Assembly (NCBI RefSeq): GCF_009914755.1 | Contig: NC_060941.1 | Strand: one strand, 5' to 3' | Source: the human T2T-CHM13v2.0 reference genome, Homo sapiens | DNA: 64,000 bases | Shown here: positions 1 to 33,306 of the stretch, one piece after another | How the letters are laid out: each line of letters opens with the position of its first letter | How positions within the stretch are numbered: the stretch's first letter is position 1 | The notes under the pieces: model-generated | The model's database searches: none | Seen by the model: only the letters and a program-made list of their open reading frames with translations | What the model was told of the DNA's origin: nothing | Position numbers and translations under genes: made by a program

Positions 1-282
1 CAGATCCAGCCATCAGGCAGTCAGTTTTCAACCTTTAAGGAGGAGACGACTTTGGAGGGCCTTAAGTGGGGGAGCATCAGGGTCAAATGTGTGTTTTAGA
101 CAGACCATGCTGAGGGCAATGCAGAGAATGGATTGAAAATGGAACTGAAAATATGCAACAAACTTCTCACTGTATGCTGGTGAGGCTTGAACTAGGAAGA
201 AATTAAGTAGTGAATTCATTAATATTTAAGAGGTCAGTAGAGCCTGGTTGTAAGCCACTACTAGAAAGAATAAGATTCATCA

Positions 283-1700
<1,418 letters not shown>

Positions 1701-1846
1701 AATCAAAGGTTTTGATTGTGAGTTGCAGTAAAGGGAAAGACCATGTTCATAGCAGTGCCAATATCTGAAGTGGAGTCTTACACATTTCATCACCTACAAC
1801 AAAAGTAAGTTAACTGGGAGAGATTACCAAGAGAGTAAAAAGAGAC

Positions 1847-2540
<694 letters not shown>

Positions 2541-2586
2541 CTGCCAGATAGAGAGCCTCATTCTTAGGGTCTGGGGTTTAGAATTA

Positions 2587-2766
<180 letters not shown>

Positions 2767-2820
2767 TTAGGAAAGGGGTAGATTCCTGGGAAGCCAGGCC
2801 CTCGGACGGCAGGGCCACTA

Positions 2821-2988
<168 letters not shown>

Positions 2989-3316
2989 TCATTTGGGAAG
3001 GGACTACCCAGGGACCTTTGATGCCACAGTTTTTTCAAAGTGGAGCTAAATGAGACAGAAGGGGTGAAAGGGAAGGGAATGACAGGAGTGGGTGGGTGTG
3101 GTGAATGTGAACCTGGGAAGAATAGAACGTGCAAGACTAGGAAACTAGGAGGTCAGGGAGAACATTCAGGTCACACCTTCCCTCACCCCACAGTTACAGA
3201 GACCAGGGGTCCGGGGCTCCCGTGGGGCCTCACAGAACCTGGAGCGCCCAGAAGACTTGGAGCAGGGAATCTCCAGGGAAAAGGGCCAGGGGGAGCACCG
3301 GAGCCGGAAACACTCA

Positions 3317-3502
<186 letters not shown>

Positions 3503-3707
3503 TCATCCTTGCAGCCCTTCACCGTGGGGTCTTCAGAAATGCATAGACTATGAAGAGACAACCCATCTGCTGGAACCAGGGCAAAGGCTGCCCTAGACGC
3601 TACACACAGGGAATGACTTTTCCCCGGTATCATTCACCTGTTTCTCCGACGCTTACTGCTCAGTGTCTGATTCACAATAGGCGCTCAATAAAACATTATT
3701 GTCCTGA

Positions 3708-4625
<918 letters not shown>

Positions 4626-4924
4626 AGAGGGCAGCAGAGCAGCCAAGAGCAGTGCTGCGCCCACTCACCTTTCCCTCACGTATCTCAGTCTTGAACACTT
4701 TGGCTGCTAGAGGACCCCGACTCTGGGGATTGGGAAAATTGGCAAAGGAAAGGAAAGTGAGTTGGAATCCGTGGAAATTTAGGTTAACTCCCTGTCCCTG
4801 CTTTCCTGAAATCTAGGCAGTCTTTACACTTCTTTGGGTGGGAGTTTGGATTAACAGCAGGGTCTCTTAGTAACTGAAATAAACACAACTCTTGATTAGA
4901 TAAATTTCCTAATGTTGGAATTTT

Positions 4925-5568
<644 letters not shown>

Positions 5569-5882
5569 CCTTTTCACCATTTTATTCTTCAAACTACAGT
5601 CTACATGTGGCTTTCTTCCCACTTACATTGGTTTTAGCCAAGAAGATTTATCAAGCAGATAATGATTTGTTTATTTGAGTCTGAACTGTTTCCAGTGCAA
5701 TCCTGTGTTTACTGTTCCACCCTTCTCCACATACCTGCAACTCCTTACACAAGGAGCAGCCACCTCAAACTGTCAGATTTAAGGGCTAGAAAGGGGTGGA
5801 CAGCACCAAAGGTTCTACATGATAGGAAACTCTGTTGTTCATTTTCACCTTTAGAAACAGTAGGCCAACCCCATTTTCCATG

Positions 5883-6635
<753 letters not shown>

Positions 6636-6640
6636 TTACC

Positions 6641-10076
<3,436 letters not shown>

Positions 10077-10533
10077 AGCTGGTTATGAGTTTTAAAGCCT
10101 CTCTCCACACCCTTACCCCAGATTCTTTTGCAAAATTTGGCTGCACAGAGTAATCAGGAGTTGTGTTATGGTAACTGGCTGTGGAGAATGGCATGTCTTA
10201 ATTCCTGGGAGGCTATCTTGGCTGAGATAGATTGTCTCTACCCTAACTAGACCTTTGGGGGAAAAAAGGCAGTCTTAACAAAAAGCCTCATTGTATTAAT
10301 ATCCTATTTCCAATGAGGGACAGATAGTTTCTTAAAGAAAACACCCATTTGACAAATTGCCTAGGATGAAATAATTATTCTTACTTTTGAATCTATCGTA
10401 TGAATTGTGTATTTCATTTGGATTATTGGAAACATCTTATATTTTATTGGTCATTACTGGCTCGAGCAGATTCTTAATGTGCCCTGAGTTTCCCTTTGCC
10501 TGCATAATAGACCCAATTATTTTCTTGCCTTAG

Positions 10534-10932
<399 letters not shown>

Positions 10933-10982
10933 TAATAATAGAAATAAGAATATAACAATAATTTCTTCATTTGATCACTTAA

Positions 10983-13213
<2,231 letters not shown>

Positions 13214-13582
13214 AAAAGGTGCCAATTCTTGATGTACTATTTAAGAGGCTTGATGGCTTAGTAGGGGAGGCAGCATTGGCAGAGTAGAAAGTGCATGGGT
13301 TTCAAAATCAGATAGTTAAAATCTCCACTCTCATACTCATTGGTTTTATGTCCTTGAGCATGTTACTAACTCTTCAGTCTCTCTTGTCATCCATAAAATG
13401 ATGATTCATGGTTCATTCACTTAGCAAATATTTATTGAGCCAACTACTGTATGCCAGTCCTCATTTTACACAATTAAATAGGACAAGAGTTTGTGAAATT
13501 CTTGTTTCTAATAGGCACCATTAAGTATTATTTTTCCTTTAAAGATCTGCCATAAAGGGCTAAATAAGTGTCTCTTCTATAA

Positions 13583-13975
<393 letters not shown>

Positions 13976-14125
13976 ACCAGAAAAAGGAAGTCCAGCTACA
14001 TCCTGGGTGGCTCTTGCCTTCATGTGAGACCCAGCATGTGGCTCAGACTGATCTCAGCCTGTGATTTGTTGAGTGTAGCTCTGTGCCATCATGGCCTCTC
14101 ACTGATGAGCCACTGTCTTTTCTAA

Positions 14126-14995
<870 letters not shown>

Positions 14996-15211
14996 TGAGA
15001 GTGCCCTAACCCCAGACAAGCTCCTTGTTCAGTAGGGATAGATGTGCTAGTCTTCTAGCATAGGAGCAAGGAATCAGAGGTGGGGTTAAAGGCATTTTTC
15101 CCAGACCCTGCTCAGGCAGTCGGCCAAATGAGTGCAAAGTCTGTTTTCCCCACCAACTTAGCTCTCGGAAAGATGTGCTGGAGGGACCCTCTTGTTAAGA
15201 AGGTTCTGCCA

Positions 15212-15892
<681 letters not shown>

Positions 15893-17146
15893 TTAGTTAA
15901 GCTATCTTCTTTCACTTGAAGCAGGTTTGAGAGGCCTAGGCCAGAATTTAAATTCCTTTTATGAATAGATTTCCCTTTCTTCCTGACCCCAAGGTCAGAG
16001 GAGACTATATATTCCATGGCTGCCTCTAAGACTAGGAATAGGAATATCTGAAAACAGCATTTCTAAGGGTGGTAACCACAGGTCGATTTTAATACGAGTC
16101 CTTTTTCTTGTAGAGGTAAGTAAAATCTTCCTGACAAGGTAGTCCTCTTTTCACGGCACAGACAATGGGCTTTCTGTTTATGAGGGGTGAGAAGTGATGT
16201 TTGTTACTATGTTCTCCAGCAAGTAAACATTCCTCTGCTCACCTCCCAACAAGACTAACAGTCTTTTTAGAAGTAAATATATTCAAGACAAACGAGAAAA
16301 TCCTGGCTACCCAAGTCGAGTATATACAGGAATACAAATCGGTAACCAGCAGCTGTTCCTCAGGTTGTGACTCACTGAGCACCACTTGTCCTGGAGGCTG
16401 GATGATGGAGGACATCTGGTTATAGGTACTGTAGCAGGGATAGGTGCCACAGGAGGATAGGAACTACAGCAGATCGCTGTTTCCAGAACGGGGAGGAGTA
16501 TCTCATTGTGAAACAGACTCTAGAGTGGTTCTATTTGGTCTTCAGTGTTTTAGCCTCATTAGTTCATATTTGGCATGCAGCTTGTGGTGAGTACTGTTCT
16601 AGGACTGGCCAAAAATGGGCAAAATGTATCACTCCAAACACTACTGATTCAGCATTGTTTTCATGTCTTAAAATTGCCACCTGCACTTTGTTTCTGCACT
16701 ATTATGTAGTGCATTTTAACTTAAATTTTTTCCAGCAACATGTTACTTATTTAAGATACATTACTGATATTTCATTATAATTAGTTCACCTTCCCTGTGA
16801 AACAAGAGAATTGTAAAATGTTGTGGAAAATGATACATATGTGGATGCTAATGAAATCATAGTATTTTGTGTAGCTTCTCTGAAGACCTTAGAGACCTGC
16901 AGCTTTGGTTTATAAGTGTTTGGGCCTTATCAGCCCATCTGATCCAGATCAATATTTTTTTGAAAACTGCCTGTATCCTCTGTCCTCTGTTACGGATCAT
17001 CTCAGCTTTGGTGGTGGTAGTAGGGGTTTTTTGCCTGAAAAAATTCACTAAAAAGTCCCCTTGGCATGACCATCTCCTCCTGCCCACGCCTGTAGTCCCT
17101 CCCCACAACAGATGTCATCACACATGCTGCTTTTGGAATGGAGACC

Positions 17147-17575
<429 letters not shown>

Positions 17576-18396
17576 TAGCATTACAGGAAGCATTTTCATT
17601 TGTCTCATTCTAATTAAATTCTCACTACTTACAAAGTGGGACAGTATTATCCCCACTTTACAGCTGAGGAAACTGAACTGCAGAGAGGTTAAATATTTTG
17701 TCCTGGTTTACATGATGATGGAAGACCTGAGATTTGGAGTCAAGTTTTCTGAATCCAAAGCCCACAGTCTATCTTTTCACTTCATTGTATCATGTTGTTT
17801 CTAGATTTTGGTTTCTCTTTCTCCTTTATCCACCACCCTCATTCCTCCCCTCACTTTGGGGAGGAGAAGGTATTTTCTACACAACTGCCAGAAATTTCAG
17901 CTGCCAAAGGACAAGGCTGCAGGGAGACAGGCCGGCAGCCATGACTTTCATGTCTAAGTTCTTGAAACCTAAATGTGTGTATCAACTGAGACAACCCAAC
18001 AATTCCATCAGCATCCCTGCAGTCAGATATCTGCTAAGCTCTGATATCATCTGTCATTACTGAGAACAGAGCTCTGTCCTTCGCTTAGGGTGAGACAGGA
18101 CAAGGGAGGAGAGGCAGGCCAGTCCACCCAGATCCAAGGATATGCAAGAATGGAAGGGTCAAGAGCCACGGATATGTATGCAGTGGAAATGTAGGGTGTG
18201 TTGTACAAGTATGATCTGCAAAGTATTGTTAAAGCCGTCTAAGTGCTCTCCAATCATTCATTCACTATTGATCACTTAGCAACTGCCTGCCTAGACTAGA
18301 TGCTAAAGAAAGAGAAAAGTAAACCTACCCCGTGCCCTCAACAAACACAGTCTAGCAAAGGAGATACCATACCAATTGGAGATTTGGAGAGACTTA

Positions 18397-18527
18397 AAAT
18401 ATAGATTGCTGGGTCCCATCCCCAGAGTTTTTTATTGAGTTGTTTTGGGGTGGGGCCTGAGAATTTGGTTTCTAACAAGTTCCTAGGTTATGGTGATGCT
18501 GCTGCTCTGGGAACCACACTTTGAGAT
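18397..18527. mobile_element. MER5A-like hAT DNA transposon fragment
   Basis: GATTGCTGGGTCCCATCCCCAGAG...GGGGTGGGGCCTGAGAATTTG...ACCACACTTTGAGA. Confidence 0.65.
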
Positions 18528-18972
18528 GAGAACCACTCATATCCAAACTAAGATTATGTTCTCTAATAAAGGTAAGTACAGACTGGATTGCTGAGAGAGC
18601 CCAGAGAAAGGAGAGATTAATTCTGCCTGGGAGAATTCTGGAATAACCTTGAAGGATGGATAGAATTTGAATAGGATTTTGCCTGGTTACTTGGAGAGGA
18701 AGAAAAAGACACAAGGAACAGCCCAGGGGGTATGTGAAGGGTGGGGGAGTCAGAAATTTATGCTGCAGGAAAGGTAGTAAGGAAGGAAAGGAGTGAAAGT
18801 TCATACTATTGAATAAGCCAACAATGGAGTTCAAGAAAAGTGAAGAACTTTTCAAGAAAAAGAGTTGTTTAAAGCTGTTGCTCAAAATAAGATCTATAGA
18901 TCATATGGCTCCACTCCAGACCAGAATGACTATCTCTGAGGTTGGAGATACTTCTTTAATAAGCATCCCGGG

Positions 18973-20432
<1,460 letters not shown>

Positions 20433-21200
20433 AGCCATTGCAATGGGATCCTGAGGGATACAGGGAAAATTGTATCACTGGAGAGCTTCAGGAGAGAACT
20501 GATGAAATCCTGGTTGTTCCACATCTTGCCCAAGACAAATCCTATAGGTTCAGATAAGCAAAAACTGTGAGATAGTTTATCTTTCCCTTAAACTCGGAAA
20601 GCACATAAGGTACCATGTGAAAACACTCTTCTGGTGAGTGATGGGAAATAATTCAGTTTGAGAGCCAACTAGACCTAGATTCAGACCTAGATTTGAATCC
20701 CATCTATGCCACTGATTAGGATTAACCTCAGACAAGCAATTTATCCTCTCTGAATTGCAATTTCCTCATGTCTAAATGGGAGGAGAATGCCCAAGATGCA
20801 GAGTTGTGAGGATTAAACAGGCTGCCGGCTTGTATAAAGTGCTCACATCTTGCCTGGGAGAGAATCGCTGCTCAGGATGGTGACATGGTAAACAGTATGG
20901 GTTCAGGAGTTGAACTGCTTGAGGCTGAGCCCCAGCTCCACTATTTAACCACTATAGACTTCGGGCAAATCTCTTTAAGCCAGTTTCCTCGACTCTAGAA
21001 TGGAGATAATAGTATCTATTTCTTAGTGTTATGATGACCAAATCAGATGATGTGCATAAATAGATTAACCTGACCTGGCACAGGGTAAGCAGCTGCCATT
21101 CTTCTCCTCTACCTCCCTCATGCTTATTCTAGTTGGTAATGTCAGTGACACCACTAGACTTTAACTGTTGGGGGTAAATATCCTTTTTGTTTGTTTTTTT

Positions 21201-21290
21201 AAAACCAAATTTAGCAGTGGGGGGTTGTATACCAACTTTAGTGACCCTAACGTTGATAAGTTCTGATAACCCACTACTATCGGACCAGCC
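21201..21290 (-). pseudogene. Y4 RNA (RNY4) retropseudogene
   Basis: Minus strand GGCTGGTCCGATAGTAGTGGGTTATCAGAAC...CCCCCCACTGCTAAATTTG matches hY4 as I recall it with ~4 substitutions; followed by an A-rich tail (21184-21200); 3' stem bases ACTG are missing. Confidence 0.9.
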
Positions 21291-21459
21291 ACCCTTACTG
21301 ATCTTTGTCCCTCCCTCTTTAGCTAACAGTGCCCCCGACAGGCACCAATAAATGCCCTATTTTTTTCCCTGTGTCTCCCAAGAGAAAAAGTAAATTTCAG
21401 ATTGTGTTCCCCCTCCTAGCGCCAGAGAAAGGAACTACAACAAAGCCTAGCTGCTGAGT

Positions 21460-22230
<771 letters not shown>

Positions 22231-23214
22231 GGGTGAACGTGGGAGAGCTTTTGAGAGAGGAAGAAGCACAGTAAAAGCAAATGTGAGCTGAATTGGGCTC
22301 CCAACGCATAAAGCCTTCTCCACCAGAGGCTTTAAATATATAGTAATAGTGGCTGACATTGCACGCTTGCTATGTGCTCCCACTGCCTTTCAGGTATTGT
22401 CATGTGCAGTCCTTGAAGTAATCATAGGGGATTCCTTTTCTTTTCTTTTCTTTTCTTTTTTTTTGAGACGGGATCTCTGTCCAGGCTAAGTGCAGTGGCG
22501 TGATCACTGCAGCCTCGACCTCCCGGGCTCAAGCGAGTCTCCCATCTCAGCCTCTCGAGTGGCTGGGACTACAGGTGCGTGCCACCATCCCCAGCTATAG
22601 GGGGTTCCTTCCTGTTGCTAAGGTTTGGAGGTGTTCTGTTATTTACCTGAAGTGCTGCAGCTGGGAATCTGTAAGAAGAGGAGGAAATTGCTTTTAGAAA
22701 GGTCACATAGCCCCTCACTGTTTTCCTCTTATCCATGATTTTGTAGCTTCTTGAGAGAGTTCCCTAGGCTCTGGCCACATACACCACTGCGTTTTGTTGT
22801 TGTGGGGACACTGGAGTACCCCTGGATTCCCCTCTCCCATCTCCTGAGACTGATCTCTGGAGTTAGGCTGTGGTGTCTTAACCTTGGCTGTACACTTCAC
22901 TAGCAGTGGAGCAAGTGAATAGATACCAAGTCCTGTGAGCAGTGCTTGGCATATAGCAAGTACTTCTTAAATGTTAACTGTTGCTACTTTTAAATCTCTT
23001 ACCTCTAATAAGCCGTTCCAGATGCTTCCTGATGGAGATAAACACTGTTCTGTTTCTCTTTGGTCATTTCTCATAGCTTTCTGTGATTTTTCTCTTTATA
23101 ATGGTGGATCTTGGAGACCTGAGGGTGGAAATATTTTTTGGACACTGCACTACCTCTAACACAGGGCCTAAATAGGCCCTCAGTGAATAACAAATGTAAT
23201 TCTTACTCATTTAG

Positions 23215-23385
<171 letters not shown>

Positions 23386-23979
23386 TGAGCATTTCAAGAA
23401 CTAGAATTTAAATTTCTTCTCCCTGCTCTGTTGAATAATGAGACAGACCTTGCAGCCATTCCAACACCAGGAAGGGATATCATTTCCAAAATGTTCATCT
23501 TCAACTCATAAAGTGGCTATGGTTTCCAGTTTTGCCTTTGATCCATCTTTTAAGTGTTGGGTAAAGATTGTTTTCCATCCACAGTAAACACAGGCATGGG
23601 GTCTGATCTGCCCTCTTCCACTGTTCCACCCTCAAGGATAAATACAATAGGTTTCAAAAAGTCTGTGAGTGCGTGAAAGCAAGTCTTCCCCAATTAATTT
23701 TACTCACCTGTTGGGCCCTTTAGTCTGGGGACATACACTGTCTTAGTACAGTGTTTTGTTTTGTTTTTTTTTTTTTTTGAGACGGAGTCGCCCAGGTTGG
23801 AGTGCAGTGGCGGGATCTCACACCATTCTTCTGCCTCAGCCTCCCGAGTAGCTGGGAGTACAGGCACCTGCCACCACACCTGGCTAATTTTTTTTTTTTT
23901 GTATTTTTAGTAGAGACGGGGTTTCACCATGTTAGCCAGGATGGTCTCGATCTCCTGACCTCGTGATCTGCCCACCTCA

Positions 23980-24412
<433 letters not shown>

Positions 24413-24593
24413 TCAGGAGATCGAGACCGCACTGGCTAACACGGTGAACCTGGGAGGTGGAGATTGCAGGGAGCCGAGATCACACCACTGCACCTCCAGC
24501 AAAAGAGGTGCGAGAATTGAGAAAGTCCTGAACAATAATTGCCAGAACCCAGCAGCATGCACCTTAAAGTTTGCTGCTGGTATTGCACATTTA

Positions 24594-24983
<390 letters not shown>

Positions 24984-25192
24984 CTAGTGTTTGGGCTGTC
25001 ATGAGAGTGACTGCATTGGCAGAACTTGAACAATAAGGAAATGATTTCAAGTAGAAAGTTAGCTAACTGTCATGATGAAAGTCAAGAAGGCCTAATTTGG
25101 CCGGGCACAGTGGCTCAGGCTTGTAATCCCAGCACTTTGGGAGGCCGAGGCAAGCGGATCACGAGATCAGGAGATCGAGACCATCCTGGCTA

Positions 25193-25412
<220 letters not shown>

Positions 25413-25575
25413 TTAGCTAGAAAAATAAAGTAGTTGTGGGAAATTGAGAATGAAACATTGAATTTTACATTTTATTGGCTTGAATCCAGTAAATGTTAAA
25501 AGTGAATTTTCAGGCCGGATGCGGTGACTCACGCCTATAATCCCAGCATTTTGGGAGGCCAAGGCGGGCGGATCA

Positions 25576-25827
<252 letters not shown>

Positions 25828-25935
25828 TCATCGGGACATGGCTTTTGATGGTTGCTTCTAAGGAGTCAGACTCTGATTCCCTAGTGTCCCACAAGGATTT
25901 GGGCTGTATAGGGGCCCCGGCAGTATGTGGGCTAA

Positions 25936-26073
<138 letters not shown>

Positions 26074-26160
26074 TAAGTAGGCTTTGGTCGTGAATGGTGG
26101 AGTATGGTTTCACTATTTCCATTCCTTTCCTCATTGGTGTCCTCTTTTTTTCCCTTCTAG

Positions 26161-26209
26161 ATACAAGACAGGCAAGAACAAGTGGTTCTTCCAGAAACTG
26201 CGGTTTTAG
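26161..26209 (+). CDS. RPL27: RPL27 exon 5 coding part (YKTGKNKWFFQKLRF*)
   Basis: ttctag acceptor; TAG 26207-26209. Confidence 0.97.
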
Positions 26210-26225
26210 ATGCTTTGTTTTGATC

Positions 26226-26231
26226 ATTAAA
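26226..26231 (+). terminator. RPL27: RPL27 polyadenylation signal ATTAAA
   Basis: 16 nt after the stop codon; GT-rich element downstream. Confidence 0.8.
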
Positions 26232-26694
26232 AATTATAAAGAAAAAAAGCCTGTGTCTGCATGCTGTATGTATTACCAGACTGTGAAAAGGAGAACATTA
26301 TTGAATAGGAAACACTGGGTGGGCTGGGCACGGTGGCTCACGCCTGTAATCCCAGTACTTTGGGAGGCCAAGGCGAGCGGATCACCAGGTCAAGAGATGG
26401 CCAACATGGTGAAACCTTGTCTCTCCTAAAAAATACTAAGAATTATCTGGGCCTGGTGGTGCACGCCTGTAGTCCCAGCTACTCGGGAGGTTGAGGCAGG
26501 AGAATTGCTTGAACCCGGGAGGCGGAAGTTGCAGGGAGGGCTGAGATAGCACCACTGCACTGCAGTCTGACAACAGCAAGACTCCATCTCAAAAAAAAAA
26601 AAAAAAAAGACGCTGGGTGATGGATGAGGGGCTGGGAAAATGTTAAATCTGCCTTAATGAGATTTATGCTGCCTCTGTCCTTAGCCTGATAATC

Positions 26695-27002
26695 CCTGTG
26701 AAGAATTGTGTAGCCTCCCTGGCTTCTACCCATTACATGCCAGGAGAACCTCTGCCACACACACTCTGCCCCTCCTTGTGACAACCAAAGGCCCCTGAGT
26801 GGTGGGGATCAGGTATTTTTGATTGAGAACCACTAACCTGAAATTCTCAAACCTTAGCACAGATAGAGGTCACCTGGATGGTTTGTTAAACCACGGATTG
26901 CTGAAATCCTGCCCTCAGACTGATCCAGTAGGTCTGAGTTTCTAGCAGGTTTTCAGGTGACACTGGTACTGGTGTAGGTGAGATGGGGACCACCCTGGAG
27001 AC
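26695..27002. mobile_element. Degraded MER20- and MER5-like DNA transposon fragments
   Basis: CTTCTACCCATTACATGCCAG...GTGACAACCAAA...TTGAGAACCAC; TTCTCAAAC...GATTGCTG. Confidence 0.5.
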
Positions 27003-27276
27003 CTGCTCCTGGTGGTAACGACAGATGCCTTTGGTGAATCCCTGAGCCTAGAGCAGCTGTTTAATAGGACAAGGGAGTGCTCCTCAAATGGCCTGGCTGG
27101 CAGAGACTTGAAAGAAAGTGATCAAAGGAGCTTTGGGGCATTGGGTTGTGCCACTACTGTGTAGTGCAGGAGAGACATTTGGTTCTTAGGATCTGGCATT
27201 TTATCTCTCAATGGACTGTAACTAGTCATGTTTCATGAATGAAATAGGTGCTCCATCTGAATGGTTCTGTCGCTAG

Positions 27277-29781
<2,505 letters not shown>

Positions 29782-30047
29782 TCATTCAGCAATTATTTTA
29801 TCAATGTTCAATGTGCCCAGCATTATTCTAGGCTCTAGGGAAATAATCCATTGACAAAGCAGGGTCTACCAATGGGCTTGTCGGAGATTGCTGGGAATGG
29901 TTGATGGGGGCCAGTTTGCAGTTGGGGTGAGGTGGCTTTCCTTGAGGCAGCCTGGCTGAGTGAAGTCGACTTTGCTGACCAAGAAGGCTCCTCCCAGGGG
30001 TGGGGAAGCCTCGGCAGGGGGCGGCATGTGAGCGCCAGAAGGCAGGG

Positions 30048-30066
30048 ATTTCACGGAAATGAAAGT
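30048..30066 (+). promoter_or_regulatory. IFI35: IFI35 interferon-response composite: GAS TTCACGGAA (30050-30058) overlapping ISRE/IRF-E GGAAATGAAAGT (30055-30066)
   Basis: Direct motif matches ~170 nt upstream of the IFI35 ATG; IFI35 is an established interferon-stimulated gene. Confidence 0.8.
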
Positions 30067-30235
30067 GGAAGCAAACAGCCTGCGAGCAGAGCCTCCTGAG
30101 GTGTATTTCGGGTCTTGCTGGGGCTGAGAGAGACCACAGCCCTTTGGGGGGTACAAACAAGAGTTCAGTTGCTGTGAATTCTGCCACTGTGCCCAGCTCT
30201 GAAGCCTCAGCTCTTGCCAAACAGACCCGAGACCC

Positions 30236-30256
30236 ATGTCAGCCCCACTGGATGCC
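30236..30256 (+). CDS. IFI35: IFI35 exon 1 coding part (MSAPLDA)
   Basis: ACCCATG context; GCC|gtaagt donor. Confidence 0.92.
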
Positions 30257-30461
30257 GTAAGTGAGGAGGAGGGAGTTGGGAAGTGGGGAAACAGGAGTAA
30301 TCCTCTTGGCTAGGAACCTGCAGATATCTCAGGGCCTGGCAGCCAAGCCTCACCCTGCCCATCTCAGACCTGCTGAAGGGCTGGGGAGAAACACAGGGCT
30401 GGGGTTGCCTCTGCAAGAGTTGGTTCCCTAACCTATTGCCTCAGACAGGAGGAGCTCATTA

Positions 30462-30815
<354 letters not shown>

Positions 30816-30827
30816 CTAAAGGAATTA

Positions 30828-31175
<348 letters not shown>

Positions 31176-31270
31176 TTAAGAATCACACTAGGTAATCCAT
31201 AGATTAACACGGTAAAAACTTATCCCACTGCTTAGCACCTACAGAGCATTCAATATGTGTTTCTTCTTAA

Positions 31271-31525
<255 letters not shown>

Positions 31526-31653
31526 TAGCCGGGATGGTCTTGATCTTCTGACCTCGTGATCTGCCCCCCTCAAGCTCCCAAAGTGCTGGGATTACAGGTG
31601 TAAGCCACCATGCCCGGACTTTTCTTTCCTTTTTTTTTTTTTTTTTTTTTTGA

Positions 31654-32013
<360 letters not shown>

Positions 32014-32776
32014 TAGGCAGGATGGTCTCGAACTCCTGACCTCGTGATCCGCCTGCCTCAGCCTCCCAAAGTGCTGGGATTACAGGCGTGAGCCACCGTG
32101 CCCAGCATGGCTAATTTTTTGTAGAGACAGGGTTTCAGCATGTTGGCCAGGCTGGTCTCGAACTCCTGACCTCACATGATCTGCCTCCCTTAGCCTCCCA
32201 AAATGCTGAGATTACAGGCTTGAGCCACAGCACCCGGCTTTATATACGTTAAATTGGGCCATCTTTTTCAAATAAAAATCCAGATTTTTTGTTTTTTGGA
32301 GACAAGATCTCACTGTTTTTTCCAGGCTGCAGTGCAGTGGCTGGATCATGTCTCACTGCAGCCACCTCCACCTCTAGGGATCAATAGATCCTTCCATCTC
32401 AGCCTCCCGAGTAGCTGGGACTACAGGCATGTGCCACCATGCCTGGCTAATTTTTAAATATTTTGTAGAGGTAGAGTTTTGTCCTGTTGCCCAGGCTGGT
32501 CTCAGACTCCTGGGCTCAAGCGATCTGCCTCCCTTGGCCTCCCAAAGTGCTGGGATTACAGGCATGTGCCACAACAACCTGCCCAGATTTTTTATTTCTA
32601 TTAAAAATGGGAAGATTAGGGGGCCTGGGTCCGTGGCTCCTGCCTGTAATCCCAGCACTTTGTGAGGCTGAGTTGGGCAGATCACTTCAGGTGGGAAGTT
32701 TGAGACCAGCCTGGCCAACATGGTGAAACCCCATCTCTACTAAAAATAAAAAATTAGAGCCGGGCACGGTGGCTCA

Positions 32777-33306
<530 letters not shown>

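Noticed and set aside
4661-4672. Strong minus-strand donor AAG|GTGAGT that could mark an upstream PTGES3L first exon
   Set aside because: Isolated donor motifs occur by chance (others at ~6635 and ~23705); no supporting exon or TSS evidence in the sequence
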